A stretch of DNA of 64,000 bases from an uncultured Gammaproteobacteria bacterium (GTDB lineage: Bacteria; Patescibacteriota; Microgenomatia; CAYXHB01; CAZYTL01), in assembly GCA_964650355.1 (NCBI GenBank), contig CAZYTL010000006.1, forward strand, positions 11,019-75,018, read 5' to 3'. Below, piece after piece: positions 35,711 through 44,909 of this stretch. The position numbers and the translations under genes were made by a program. A model generated the notes under the pieces. That model saw only the letters and a program-made list of their open reading frames with translations. It ran no database searches and was not told where the DNA came from. Position 1 is the first letter of the stretch, and every line of letters starts with the position of its first letter.

Positions 35711-36097
35711 TTAACGATCATTCACTTCATATAAGGTGTTTAACTTTTGTTCAGGATGAACACAATATCCATAGGATTTTGAGTCAAAAGCAACTCCCAA
35801 ATTTTCGCAGCACGGGGACTTTGTATCATCAATCAAGGGGGATACCCACCCCTCTCCTGGTCCAGCACATTCACCAGTGACTTGGGCATTTTTCTTAACA
35901 CAATAGGTGTTTCTGTTAGAAGCAGTAAATGGCTCTAATCCTTGGCAACATACTGACTGAGGCTCGCTTAACATTCTGCCTGGTTCAATACAGTTTTTGG
36001 TCGTCAATGACGGCACCTCAGGTACCAAAACAAAATACAGGCCTAATAAACAAAAACCTAAAAGTCCTATAAGGAGATACTTTTGCTTAGTTTTCAT
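35711..36097 (-). CDS. small secreted cysteine-rich protein
   Basis: N-terminal signal peptide (MKTKQKYLLIGLLGFCLLGLYFVLV) and 10 Cys in the mature part. Confidence 0.5.
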   Translation of the reverse strand: MKTKQKYLLIGLLGFCLLGLYFVLVPEVPSLTTKNCIEPGRMLSEPQSVCCQGLEPFTASNRNTYCVKKNAQVTGECAGPGEGWVSPLIDDTKSPCCENLGVAFDSKSYGYCVHPEQKLNTLYEVNDR

Positions 36098-36129
36098 GTT
36101 TTCCGGACAGATGGTTATTTTTTAACAAC

Positions 36130-38070
36130 TCACTCCACCACTTCTCCTTCTTCCGCGCCTTTGGTGTCGGTATCTGAGGAACCGGGTTTAGTGTCGCCCT
36201 TGGGTGCTTTGTCTGAAGTTTTTGAAGCCTTGTCAGAGCTCTTCTGATCGCCGGCAGGAGGTGTTTGCTGTTGTTGCTGGTACATGGCCTGGCCGATCTT
36301 TTGCAAGGTGTCTGAGAGGTCTTTGGATTTGGCCTCGATGTCCTCCTTGGATTCTTTATCCAGAACTTCTTTGAGGGCTTTGACTTTGTCTTCGACTTCT
36401 TTTTTGGTGGCTTCTTCGACTTTGTCGCCGGCATCTTTGAGGGCTTTTTCAGCGGTGAAGATGAGGCCGTCAGCCATATTGCGGGCATCAATGACTTCCT
36501 TTTTCTTTTCGTCTTCGGCTTTGTGTTTGTCAGCCTCGGCTTTGGCTTTTTCAACTTCTTCGTCAGACATGCCCACGGCGCCGGTGATGGTGATTTTTTG
36601 TTCTTTGCCGGTGGCTTTGTCTTTGGCGGTGACGTTTAAGATACCGTTGGCGTCGATGTCAAAGGTGACTTCGATTTGAGGCACGCCGCGGGGAGCAGGG
36701 GGAATACCGTCCAGGCGGAAGGTGCCCAGGGATTTGTTGTCGGAAGCCATGGGGCGCTCGCCCTGAAGCACATGAACCTCGACCTGAGTTTGATTATCGG
36801 CAGCGGTGGAAAAGATCTGAGATTTGGAACTGGGGATGGTGGTATTGCGGTCAATCATGGGAGTGGCCACGCCGCCCAAGGTTTCGATGCTGAGGGTCAG
36901 GGGGGTGACGTCGAGGAGGAGGATGTCTTTGACGTCGCCGGCCAGGACGCCACCCTGGATAGCAGCGCCTACAGCCACGACTTCATCAGGGTTAACACCT
37001 TTGTGAGGTTCTTTGCCAAAGAAGTCTTTGACGACTTGCTGGACTTTAGGCATGCGGGTCATGCCGCCGACCAGGATAACTTCGTTGATGTCTTTAGCGT
37101 CGAGTTTGGCGTCTTTAAGAGCGTCTTTGACGGGTTTGATGGTTTTCTGGATCAGATCGTCAACCAGGGATTCAAGTTTGGCGCGGGTAAGTTTGAGGCT
37201 GAGATGAAGGGGATTACCGTCTTTGGACTGGGTGATGTAGGGTTGGTTGATTTCGGTTTCCTGAGCTGAGGAGAGTTCGATTTTGGCTTTTTCAGCAGCG
37301 TCGCGGATGCGCTGGAGGGCTTGTTTGTCTTTTTTAAGATCCAGGCCATTGTCTTTTTTGAATTCTTCAACGATCCAGTCCACGATGACTTCGTCAAAGT
37401 CGTCGCCGCCCAGGTGGGTGTCGCCGTTGGTGGATTTGACTTCGAAGACGCCGTCGCCGATTTCCAGGATGGAGATGTCAAAGGTGCCACCTCCAAGGTC
37501 GTAAACGGCGATTTTTTCATTGGTTTTTTTATCCAACCCGTAGGCCAGGGCAGCAGCAGTGGGTTCGTTGATGATGCGTTCGACTTTGAGGCCGGCGATT
37601 TCACCGGCTTGTTTGGTGGCCTGGCGCTGGGAATCGTCAAAGTAGGCGGGTACGGTGATGACAGCTTGTTCGACTTTTTCTCCCAGGAATTCTTCGGCGT
37701 GTTTTTTCATGTAGATAAGGACTTTGGCAGAGATTTCCTGAGGGGTGTATTCTTTGTCGCCAACTTTGATCATGGGGGAGCCGTCTTTGCCTTTGACGAT
37801 TTCGTAAGGAACCATTTCTTTGGTGCGCTGGACTTCGGGATCGTCATAGCGGCGGCCGATAAGGCGTTTGGCAGAATAGATGGTGTTTTTGGGGTTAAGC
37901 ACCATCTGGCGTTTGGCCACGTCGCCTACCAGGTTTTTAATGGGTTCGACCACTGAAGGGGTGGTATTTTTACCGGTGTCGTGCGCGGGGATGACTTTGG
38001 GCTGGCCACCCTGCATGATAGCCACGCAGGAGTTGGTAGTGCCGAGGTCAATGCCAATGATTTTTGCCAT
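36130..38070 (-). CDS. dnaK: molecular chaperone DnaK (Hsp70)
   Basis: [17 protein letters not shown]..., [19 protein letters not shown]. Full-length Hsp70. Confidence 0.97.
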   Translation of the reverse strand: MAKIIGIDLGTTNSCVAIMQGGQPKVIPAHDTGKNTTPSVVEPIKNLVGDVAKRQMVLNPKNTIYSAKRLIGRRYDDPEVQRTKEMVPYEIVKGKDGSPMIKVGDKEYTPQEISAKVLIYMKKHAEEFLGEKVEQAVITVPAYFDDSQRQATKQAGEIAGLKVERIINEPTAAALAYGLDKKTNEKIAVYDLGGGTFDISILEIGDGVFEVKSTNGDTHLGGDDFDEVIVDWIVEEFKKDNGLDLKKDKQALQRIRDAAEKAKIELSSAQETEINQPYITQSKDGNPLHLSLKLTRAKLESLVDDLIQKTIKPVKDALKDAKLDAKDINEVILVGGMTRMPKVQQVVKDFFGKEPHKGVNPDEVVAVGAAIQGGVLAGDVKDILLLDVTPLTLSIETLGGVATPMIDRNTTIPSSKSQIFSTAADNQTQVEVHVLQGERPMASDNKSLGTFRLDGIPPAPRGVPQIEVTFDIDANGILNVTAKDKATGKEQKITITGAVGMSDEEVEKAKAEADKHKAEDEKKKEVIDARNMADGLIFTAEKALKDAGDKVEEATKKEVEDKVKALKEVLDKESKEDIEAKSKDLSDTLQKIGQAMYQQQQQTPPAGDQKSSDKASKTSDKAPKGDTKPGSSDTDTKGAEEGEVVE

Positions 38071-38132
38071 AAGTTAGTTACCTCAAAAATAAAAGATTAA
38101 ATAGTAAATATAAAAAGGAGAATTAAAAATAC

Positions 38133-38636
38133 TTAGTTATTACGAGGTAAACATGCCAACAAAGCGTCACTCTGGTTATTAATTAAAGTCAAAGTTGGAA
38201 CATCAGTTAAACCCTTTTTGGCCTCCCCTATTCTGCCATTTAAACCGGCAAGAAAGTTGGTTCGAATATTAGGGTCCTCTTGCTCTCTTAAAAATCCTGC
38301 AATTCCTGCAACAACCGCAATAAATTCATCGCCTCTAAAACCCTGCATGCCGGTAATTAAGGCAAATTCATTAGGTTCTTCCTCGGATCTAAGCATTTCA
38401 GTATATTGCATAATTAGTTCGGGAACGTGGGTACCTGAGGTACTTAATCGGACAATTTGTTCTGCTAGAAGTCGCCTCTGTCCTGGGTCAGGAAACGTCG
38501 CCCTTGTTTCTAATAACATTGCACTGGCGATTGAAGGATTAATTCCCTCTACAGTGGTTGTTAGAAATTTTTGAACGTGGTCATGACCTCCTACTGGGCC
38601 ATCAAATCTAGTTGAAGGTTGGAGTTGTTCTGACAT
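38133..38636 (-). CDS. hypothetical protein inserted between grpE and dnaK, with its own CIRCE-controlled promoter
   Basis: 167-aa ORF with no recognised family. Preceded by TTGACA-N17-TACATT overlapping a CIRCE-like palindrome. Confidence 0.5.
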   Translation of the reverse strand: MSEQLQPSTRFDGPVGGHDHVQKFLTTTVEGINPSIASAMLLETRATFPDPGQRRLLAEQIVRLSTSGTHVPELIMQYTEMLRSEEEPNEFALITGMQGFRGDEFIAVVAGIAGFLREQEDPNIRTNFLAGLNGRIGEAKKGLTDVPTLTLINNQSDALLACLPRNN

Positions 38637-38661
38637 ACAGCAGTTATTTTGAGTGTTTTAT

Positions 38662-38698
38662 TTAGCAGTAATGTAACATGAGTGCTAAGGGGTGTCAA
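38662..38698 (-). promoter_or_regulatory. CIRCE operator (TTAGCAGTA-N9-GAGTGCTAA) overlapping a sigma70-like promoter (TTGACA-N17-TACATT) for the 38133 gene and dnaK
   Basis: Read directly from the sequence. The right half-site is a perfect CIRCE consensus and the left half matches 7 of 9. Confidence 0.65.
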
Positions 38699-38798
38699 GA
38701 ATAAATTAGTTTCTAGTTTCAAGTTGCTAGTTTCGAGTGATTATAATGATGTTAGACTTCACGTTTTGTTGCTTTTATGTTTATGTGTTTTCTTGAGT

Positions 38799-39284
38799 TT
38801 ATGTTTCTATATTCTTTGGTTCTTCAGTTGCCTTATATACTTTGACTTTGGCGTGACGGATCACATAGCCGTCAGTATATTTATAGCCGATTTGGGTGAC
38901 TGTGGCAATTTGGTTTTGTTGATCCGCGGATCCTTCTAGGACTTCGATGCATTCGTGTTCGGCTTCGTTAAACTGGGAACCTATTTCGGGATTGATCTCC
39001 TCAATGCCTTCGTCAGTTAAGAGTTGCTGGAATTGTTTGATGATCATGTCCAAGCCTTGATCCTGCAAGTGGCTTTGGGCTGACTGGAGGTGATCGAGTA
39101 GGGGAAGGATTTGGGAGATGAGCTGGGTGTTGGCGTATTTAAGGTATTCCTGGCGTTCTTTTTGAGTTTGTTTAATCAGGTTTTGGTAATCGGCCAAGGC
39201 GCGTTTGTATTTGTCGTCAAGTTCCTCGAGGCGAGGCTGGAGATCCTGGGTCTGGTCCTGTTTGGTAGGTTTTTTCTTTACCAT
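38799..39284 (-). CDS. grpE: nucleotide exchange factor GrpE
   Basis: Coiled-coil N-terminus, then ALADYQNLIKQTQKERQEY...ISQILPLLDHLQSA and the C-terminal beta domain. Confidence 0.85.
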   Translation of the reverse strand: MVKKKPTKQDQTQDLQPRLEELDDKYKRALADYQNLIKQTQKERQEYLKYANTQLISQILPLLDHLQSAQSHLQDQGLDMIIKQFQQLLTDEGIEEINPEIGSQFNEAEHECIEVLEGSADQQNQIATVTQIGYKYTDGYVIRHAKVKVYKATEEPKNIET

Positions 39285-40006
39285 GATCGGGCGATTTCGT
39301 TTATCAGGTCGCTGAAGTAGCGGAGGCGGGGAATGGCGTAAGGAAAGTTAAGTCTGGCTGGTCCGATGAGGCCAATTTTTCCATAGAGATCAGGATTGAC
39401 TTGAAAATCGGCATAGACGTAACTGACGGGCTCCAAATAAGGATCGTTAAGTTCTTCGCCAAAGAGAATATGGATGGGGCCTTGGCTGGCTGAACGGGAG
39501 AAGAGTTTCATGAGTTGTTCTGTTTGGTCAAGCATGGCCAGCACGTGACGGGTAACGTCAATGTCATAAAATTCGGGCATGTTAAGGAGATGGGCGTAGC
39601 CGGCAGAGTACACCTGGCCCTGATTAGTACAAGCCACAGCCACGGTTTGGGCTTGGTTAGCCAAGGCTAAAGTGGCTTGTTGAAGCAGCCGGTCAATATC
39701 GTGTCGATAATCCCAAACTTTTTCTTTGGTGGAAACTTCTTCGGATACGGAAAGGGGCTTTTCCTGCATGAGTTCGTTAACGTAGAGTTTGAGGGCGACA
39801 GCGCTGGGCACCCGACCGGCTGAGGTATGCGGTTGTTTAAGGTAGCCAAGTTGGGTTAAAGAGCTCATTTCGTTGCGAATAGTAGCGGGGGAGACGCCAA
39901 TGTTGTATTTGCGTTCAATGGTTTCTGAGCCCACGGCTTCAGCGGTGTCAATGAATTCTTCAATGATGGCTTTGAGGATTTGGAGTTGGCGGGGAGTGAG
40001 GTTCAT
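39278..40006 (-). CDS. hrcA: heat-inducible transcription repressor HrcA
   Basis: MNLTPRQLQILKAIIEEFIDTAEAVGSETI...SPATIRNEMSSLTQLGYLKQPHTSAGRVPS. The start is placed at ATG 40004-40006 rather than 40039, because the upstream 11 codons are built from the promoter-region repeats. Confidence 0.85.
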   Translation of the reverse strand: MNLTPRQLQILKAIIEEFIDTAEAVGSETIERKYNIGVSPATIRNEMSSLTQLGYLKQPHTSAGRVPSAVALKLYVNELMQEKPLSVSEEVSTKEKVWDYRHDIDRLLQQATLALANQAQTVAVACTNQGQVYSAGYAHLLNMPEFYDIDVTRHVLAMLDQTEQLMKLFSRSASQGPIHILFGEELNDPYLEPVSYVYADFQVNPDLYGKIGLIGPARLNFPYAIPRLRYFSDLINEIARSW

Positions 40007-40076
40007 AACACGTAGCATGTAACACGTAGCACGTAACAATTTGTTCCAGGTTACGTGTTAGGTGTTACTTGACTCT

Positions 40077-40114
40077 TTGGCACTAATTTACCACGAGTGC
40101 TAGGGGAATGTCAA
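40077..40114 (-). promoter_or_regulatory. CIRCE operator (TTGGCACTA-N9-GAGTGCTAG) overlapping promoter TTGACA-N18-TAAATT upstream of hrcA-grpE
   Basis: Read directly from the sequence. Same architecture as the 38662 element. Confidence 0.65.
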
Positions 40115-40186
40115 TTGGTCTGGAGTAGATAGACGAAACAGATATTTACCTGATTAACGGATTTTTTTGCGTGTTATGATGCATTT

Positions 40187-40504
40187 ATGGACGGATCTGG
40201 TTCAGTGATAGTGAATTTATTATTAGGGATTATTTCAGGATTTCTGGGAGTGCAGTTTTTTTATTATGGAGTAAAGGCGGTAAGAAGGAAGGAGTTTATT
40301 TTCTTTCCTTTTTATGTTCTTTTTGGTGCGTATCATTTTTATGATGACACTTTGTTTAAGAAGGGATATCCTACTGTGAAAGGATGGTGGGGGGTGGTAA
40401 TTGGATCTTTCGTGGTTCTAGTATCAGTACCGCTGATCTGGTTTGCCTGGCAGTTTTTAAATGAAGCGGGAGTAGGAATTTTAAAAGATCTTAATCGTCC
40501 TTAA
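40187..40504 (+). CDS. small hypothetical membrane protein
   Basis: 105-aa ORF with three hydrophobic helices. Confidence 0.4.
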   Translation: MDGSGSVIVNLLLGIISGFLGVQFFYYGVKAVRRKEFIFFPFYVLFGAYHFYDDTLFKKGYPTVKGWWGVVIGSFVVLVSVPLIWFAWQFLNEAGVGILKDLNRP

Positions 40505-41869
40505 TTAGAATAGCTGTTTGCGGTCGAAGATGAGGTTTTTTAGGGTGCCGGGAAGATTCAGCAGGTGGGGAGCAAGGTGTTGTTTTCTGATTAGGTAGGT
40601 GAGGGAGAAGACGAGCACAAAGCTTTCGGTGACGATGGTAATGGTAGCGGAGGCGTAGTAGGAGTATACAGGGATGAACAGGTAGTTCAGGATTAAGTTG
40701 AGGACTAAGGCGGCTGAAGCAATAGCTAGGGAAATGCGTTGCAGACCCAGGGCGGCCAGGGTATAGCCGGTAAGATGATTAAGGTAGGAGACCAGGGTGG
40801 CCAGCATGAGGATGCGGATGAGCACCGCAGAGACCAGGAATTGCTGGCCTCCAAGGAGGAGGACAATGGGTTGGGCCAGTAAAGCAAAGATGACGGCGAC
40901 CAAGGTACCGGCGACCAGGAGGAGATGAAATCCGGTGGTAAAGAATTTTTTGGTTTGGACAGAGCCTTGTCCGGAGCGGGAGATGAGGGGATAGAGGGTG
41001 TTCATAAAGAAGGCAGCGCCCATCACCAGGTTGTCGTGAACTTTGTAAGCCAGGCCATAGAGGCCAACGGCCTGATCGCCCTGGAAATGCTGGAGCAGGA
41101 AGGTGTCTAAGCGGTTGTAGATGCTGAACACCACCAGCAAAGCGCCCATGGGAGCGGCTTCGCGGATGAGGTATTTAAGAAGCGCGGTTGAGAGTTGGTA
41201 GTTGATGGTTGTGAGTTGGTAGCCGAAATATAGGCCAATTAACCCGGCGAGGCCGCTGGCGATGAGCAAATACATAACTACTGACTGGGGGGTAATGGCG
41301 GATTGGGTAACAGCCAGGAAGGTTAAGGAGAGAAAAAGGATGCTGGTAATGACTTCGACCAGGGCACCGTATTGAAATTTGAGATGAACCTGAAAGATGA
41401 CTTGCATGGTATTGCGCAAGGCCAGGGAAAAGAGGACCAGGCTGCCAAGCAGGAAGAGAGGAACAGGCAGGTCCACTATCCGAAAGTACCCGATGAAGAT
41501 CATTAAGAGGGCGCCGACGGTAGTAGCAATGAGGCGAAGAATTAACAGGTTGCCATAGACTTGAGGTGGGGAAAATTGCGGTGTTTCCTTTGTCGAGGCT
41601 TGGGAAGATAAATCCGCTTTCCCCGGTGGGGCGCTGGTTTGCGGAGAACTGAATTGCGATGCCAGGCGGGTGGCAATGAAACCGGTGCCCCAGTCAGTGA
41701 CGGAGCCAAAGAAGATGATCACGGTAGTGATCAGGGTATACTGACCATAGCCGGCCTGACCGAGATGGCGGGTAAGCAAGGCCGTGGTAATCAGGCTGAG
41801 AAGGATGGAAACAGCCTTGCCGGCGGCTTGGTAAAAGGTATTGGCGGTAACGGTGCGGAAAAGGGACAC
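40505..41869 (-). CDS. MOP-superfamily polysaccharide/oligosaccharide flippase (Wzx-like)
   Basis: About 14 hydrophobic segments. The N-terminus (FYQAAGKAVSILLSLITTALLTRHLGQAGYGQY) is typical of Wzx/polysaccharide biosynthesis proteins. Confidence 0.6.
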   Translation of the reverse strand: MSLFRTVTANTFYQAAGKAVSILLSLITTALLTRHLGQAGYGQYTLITTVIIFFGSVTDWGTGFIATRLASQFSSPQTSAPPGKADLSSQASTKETPQFSPPQVYGNLLILRLIATTVGALLMIFIGYFRIVDLPVPLFLLGSLVLFSLALRNTMQVIFQVHLKFQYGALVEVITSILFLSLTFLAVTQSAITPQSVVMYLLIASGLAGLIGLYFGYQLTTINYQLSTALLKYLIREAAPMGALLVVFSIYNRLDTFLLQHFQGDQAVGLYGLAYKVHDNLVMGAAFFMNTLYPLISRSGQGSVQTKKFFTTGFHLLLVAGTLVAVIFALLAQPIVLLLGGQQFLVSAVLIRILMLATLVSYLNHLTGYTLAALGLQRISLAIASAALVLNLILNYLFIPVYSYYASATITIVTESFVLVFSLTYLIRKQHLAPHLLNLPGTLKNLIFDRKQLF

Positions 41870-41955
41870 GGGAATAAGTTGATATTAGAAATACGGATAT
41901 ACATCGAGTTTAGCACTTAAAGGAAGAGGAGATGGGGAGCAACGGGGTTTCAAAT

Positions 41956-43404
41956 TTATATCTCAGTAGAATTGTTAAGCTGAGGAGGCGAATAACCTGG
42001 GAGTTGGTCCTGAAAATCTTCGGGAGAGAATTGGTCCATACTCGGGGAAGGAGCGATCGAAGGATAGTATTGGAAGAACGGATCAGATTCTTTACATTGA
42101 GATTGTTGGTTTTCATCCTGATAACAAAGCCGGTAATTCTGGCCGTCATCAAGCACCTGATACTCATATGGCTGGGAGGTAGTGGGATCAACGGGGATTT
42201 GAATCAGTTCTCCTTCTTCGATCAGTTGGTCTAAGGTAGCAGGAAATTCGCCGTAGGTGGCCCAATATCGTTCCAGTGCGGATTGGATTTCCATTTGGGA
42301 ACTGCGACGGGAGGCGTCACGAGCCCTCTGCATCTGCTTTACTGGGTTGATAGCGACTAAGATGATGGCGGCGGGGACGGCCAACATGGCTAAAATGCCC
42401 CATAAACTGATGAGGATAAATGCCAGTTTGGACTTACCTGAAGGAGTGAATTCCTGGCCGGATTTAAGGGATTTGAGTTGACGGTACATTATGAATTGAT
42501 AGATTAGTAAGATAGGGCCAATAACAAATCCGCTGAGAGTCATTAAGAGATCGATGACGATTTTCAGGGCGCCCAGATCCACCCGTTCTAAAACTAAGGA
42601 GAGGGGAACATAGATAAGGAAGTAAAGGATCATTACCGCTAGAATTCTGAAAAACACGCCCCACCAATGCCCCTGGACGTAAAATTTACTTTTGAGTAAG
42701 GCAGTGAGGCCGCCCTGGTCCTCAGTGACGAGAATCCAAAAGGCAAAGTAGAACCAGATCATGAAGATCAATCCCGGAAGGGCAAAGAGCATGAGCCCGC
42801 CCATGAGAATCAACATAAATAAGATGGCCATCCACCAATAGGCAAGGATTTTGTGCCAAGCCCGGCCGTAGGAGGCTTTGACTCCCAGACGCTCTTGATG
42901 GTTGGCAACCGCATAAAACATGGCCAGGGCGGACCAGGTGTAAATATAAATGATGGCAAGGAATAAGAGGAAGAAGCTGACTCCGATCAAAATCCAGAAT
43001 GAAGTGGGTAGTTGAGGAAGACTGGTTGGGGACAGCATGGGAGACAAACCACCTTGCTTAAGGGCAAAGGAGGAAAGAGACACTCCTACCCATAAGAGGA
43101 AGGCTACGAAGGTAACGGCCCCGACAATCATGCCCACCACATAGGGAATCAGGGTGATGACGATCAGAGTGAGCCAACGGGAAACAAAGATGGCGATTGA
43201 TTGTTGTAAGAGGTCGAGGGGGCCGGAAAGGGAAGTGACGGGAGGGTCCGGATCTGGAGAAGAAGGATCACTCGAAGGTGAGAAGGCTTGATCAACATCA
43301 CTTGGCTGCCAGCCGATTTGAAGAAGTTGTTGACGGATAAAATCATCGGTTTGACCGAGTTGGCGTTGCTGCTGAATGTAGCTGGTCAGGTCGGAATTGG
43401 CCAT
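41956..43404 (-). CDS. polytopic membrane protein with C-terminal type IV pilin/pseudopilin-like domain
   Basis: The C-terminal TM helix followed by QMQRARDASRRSSQMEIQSALERYW resembles the pilin N-terminal helix plus beta-domain signature. It is internal, so there is no prepilin cleavage site. Confidence 0.45.
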   Translation of the reverse strand: MANSDLTSYIQQQRQLGQTDDFIRQQLLQIGWQPSDVDQAFSPSSDPSSPDPDPPVTSLSGPLDLLQQSIAIFVSRWLTLIVITLIPYVVGMIVGAVTFVAFLLWVGVSLSSFALKQGGLSPMLSPTSLPQLPTSFWILIGVSFFLLFLAIIYIYTWSALAMFYAVANHQERLGVKASYGRAWHKILAYWWMAILFMLILMGGLMLFALPGLIFMIWFYFAFWILVTEDQGGLTALLKSKFYVQGHWWGVFFRILAVMILYFLIYVPLSLVLERVDLGALKIVIDLLMTLSGFVIGPILLIYQFIMYRQLKSLKSGQEFTPSGKSKLAFILISLWGILAMLAVPAAIILVAINPVKQMQRARDASRRSSQMEIQSALERYWATYGEFPATLDQLIEEGELIQIPVDPTTSQPYEYQVLDDGQNYRLCYQDENQQSQCKESDPFFQYYPSIAPSPSMDQFSPEDFQDQLPGYSPPQLNNSTEI

Positions 43405-43589
43405 GATTGTTACGGGCTACGAGAATTATGCGCTTATATCCAGTGTAGACTAAATGAGAGGAATTTGACAAGCAGATGAGAAATGAATTTAGCTATTAGC
43501 TTTTGGCTTTTAGCTGTTAGAGAAAATATAAATTTGTCAGGTGATTTTGCAATTATTAAAGAGTTGGTTTAGAGTGATATCTTAGGCTT

Positions 43590-44597
43590 ATGGCAAAGAA
43601 GTTGGTATTGGTGACTGGTTCCTCTGGATTTATTGGCACTAATTTAGTGGGTCGGTTGTTGAAGGAAGGAGATGCGGTGCTGGGGATGGATAATTTTTGC
43701 ACCTCGGAGAGATGGAAGGCGGATTTATATTCTGCAAAGCAGAACTATGAGTTTCTGGAGCAGGATATTGTTGAAGATGTTAAACCGGCGTTAAAGACGT
43801 CTAAATTGTTAAAGAAGTATAAAAAGATTGATGAGATTTACAATTTTGCCTGTCCGGCTTCGCCGCCGCGGTATATGAAGTTGCGGATTGAAACTCTGCG
43901 CGCCTGCACTGAAGGGTTAAGGCAGATGTTGGATTTGGCCCAGAAATATAAGGCGAAGATTTTGCAGGCATCGACTTCGGAAATTTACGGAGAGCCTTTG
44001 GAACACCCGCAAAAGGAAAGTTATTGGGGGAATGTGAATCCGATAGGGAACCGATCTTCTTATGACGAAAGCAAACGGTTAGGGGAAACCCTATGCTACG
44101 AATACCGGAGTTTACACGGGGTGGATACCAAGATTGTACGGATTTTTAATGCTTACGGGCCGTACATGGAGAAAGATGACGGGCGGGTGATCAGTAATTT
44201 TGTGATGCAAGCGTTGGAGGACAAGGATTTAACGATTAACGGTGACGGGCAGCAAACCAGATCGTTTCAATATATCGATGATTTAGTGGAGGGGTTGTTA
44301 AAACTGATGGCCACGGAAAAAGGATTTATGGGTCCGGTGAATATCGGCAATCCGGAAGAGTTTACGATTCTGGAGTTGGCCAAGTTGGTGAGGAAGATAA
44401 TGAAGTCAAAGAGTAAGCTGACTTATCTGCCCTTGGATGCCGGGGATCCCACGCGGAGAAAACCGGATATCAGTCTGGCCAAGAAGAAGTTGCATTGGCA
44501 ACCCCAGGTGAAGTTGGAGGAAGGGCTGGAAAAGACGGTTGAGTATTTTGAGAAGATATTGGAGAATAAGCAAGTTAAGATTAATAGAAGGAGGTGA
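43590..44597 (+). CDS. UDP-glucuronate decarboxylase (UDP-xylose synthase, SDR family)
   Basis: VLVTGSSGFIGTNLV, YDESKRLGETLCYEY and IFNAYGPYM...DGRVISNFV. The order of motifs fits UXS-type NAD-dependent decarboxylases. Confidence 0.8.
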   Translation: MAKKLVLVTGSSGFIGTNLVGRLLKEGDAVLGMDNFCTSERWKADLYSAKQNYEFLEQDIVEDVKPALKTSKLLKKYKKIDEIYNFACPASPPRYMKLRIETLRACTEGLRQMLDLAQKYKAKILQASTSEIYGEPLEHPQKESYWGNVNPIGNRSSYDESKRLGETLCYEYRSLHGVDTKIVRIFNAYGPYMEKDDGRVISNFVMQALEDKDLTINGDGQQTRSFQYIDDLVEGLLKLMATEKGFMGPVNIGNPEEFTILELAKLVRKIMKSKSKLTYLPLDAGDPTRRKPDISLAKKKLHWQPQVKLEEGLEKTVEYFEKILENKQVKINRRR

Positions 44598-44602
44598 TAA
44601 AT

Positions 44603-44800
44603 GTGTCAGAAACTACAGAAGGAATGACTTCCGGTTCCTTGGAAGGAAGCCAACCGGGCGCCCAAGATCGAGGACCGTTCGGATCGGTGAACCAAGAAAT
44701 GGGACAATTTCAACCAGGAAAATCTACAGAGACCGAAGATACTACCACGACAAGATCAACAGGTGCCGGGGGGAGGAAAGAGACTGGACAGACCGACTAA
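44603..44800 (+). CDS. candidate graspetide (omega-ester RiPP) precursor peptide
   Basis: Short ORF. GTG at 44603 lies 8 nt after AGGAGG (the alternative GTG at 44594 overlaps the UXS stop). The C-terminal core is rich in Thr/Ser and Asp/Glu (KSTETEDTTTTRSTGAGGRKETGQTD). It sits immediately upstream of an MdnC-like ATP-grasp ligase. Confidence 0.45.
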   Translation: MSETTEGMTSGSLEGSQPGAQDRGPFGSVNQEMGQFQPGKSTETEDTTTTRSTGAGGRKETGQTD

Positions 44801-44909
44801 CCGTTAAGAATAATCAAAGAGATAAAAACCTATTCGTTATTGAAGAGAGGGATAATTGTAGTGCGTCAGATAGACTTTTATGTTTATGTTAAGACAAAAG
44901 AGTTTTTGA

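Noticed and set aside
36087-38077. Multiple plus- and minus-strand ORFs overlapping dnaK (for example 36087..36554, 36676..37269, 37321..37956, 37152..37640)
   Set aside because: They lie in alternative frames of an unambiguous Hsp70 gene. They are repetitive/low-complexity shadow ORFs.
40007-40039. N-terminal extension of hrcA (MLRATCYMLRV) from the ORF track
   Set aside because: These codons are the ACGTA-rich promoter/leader repeats. The conserved HrcA N-terminus begins at MNLTPRQ (ATG 40004-40006).
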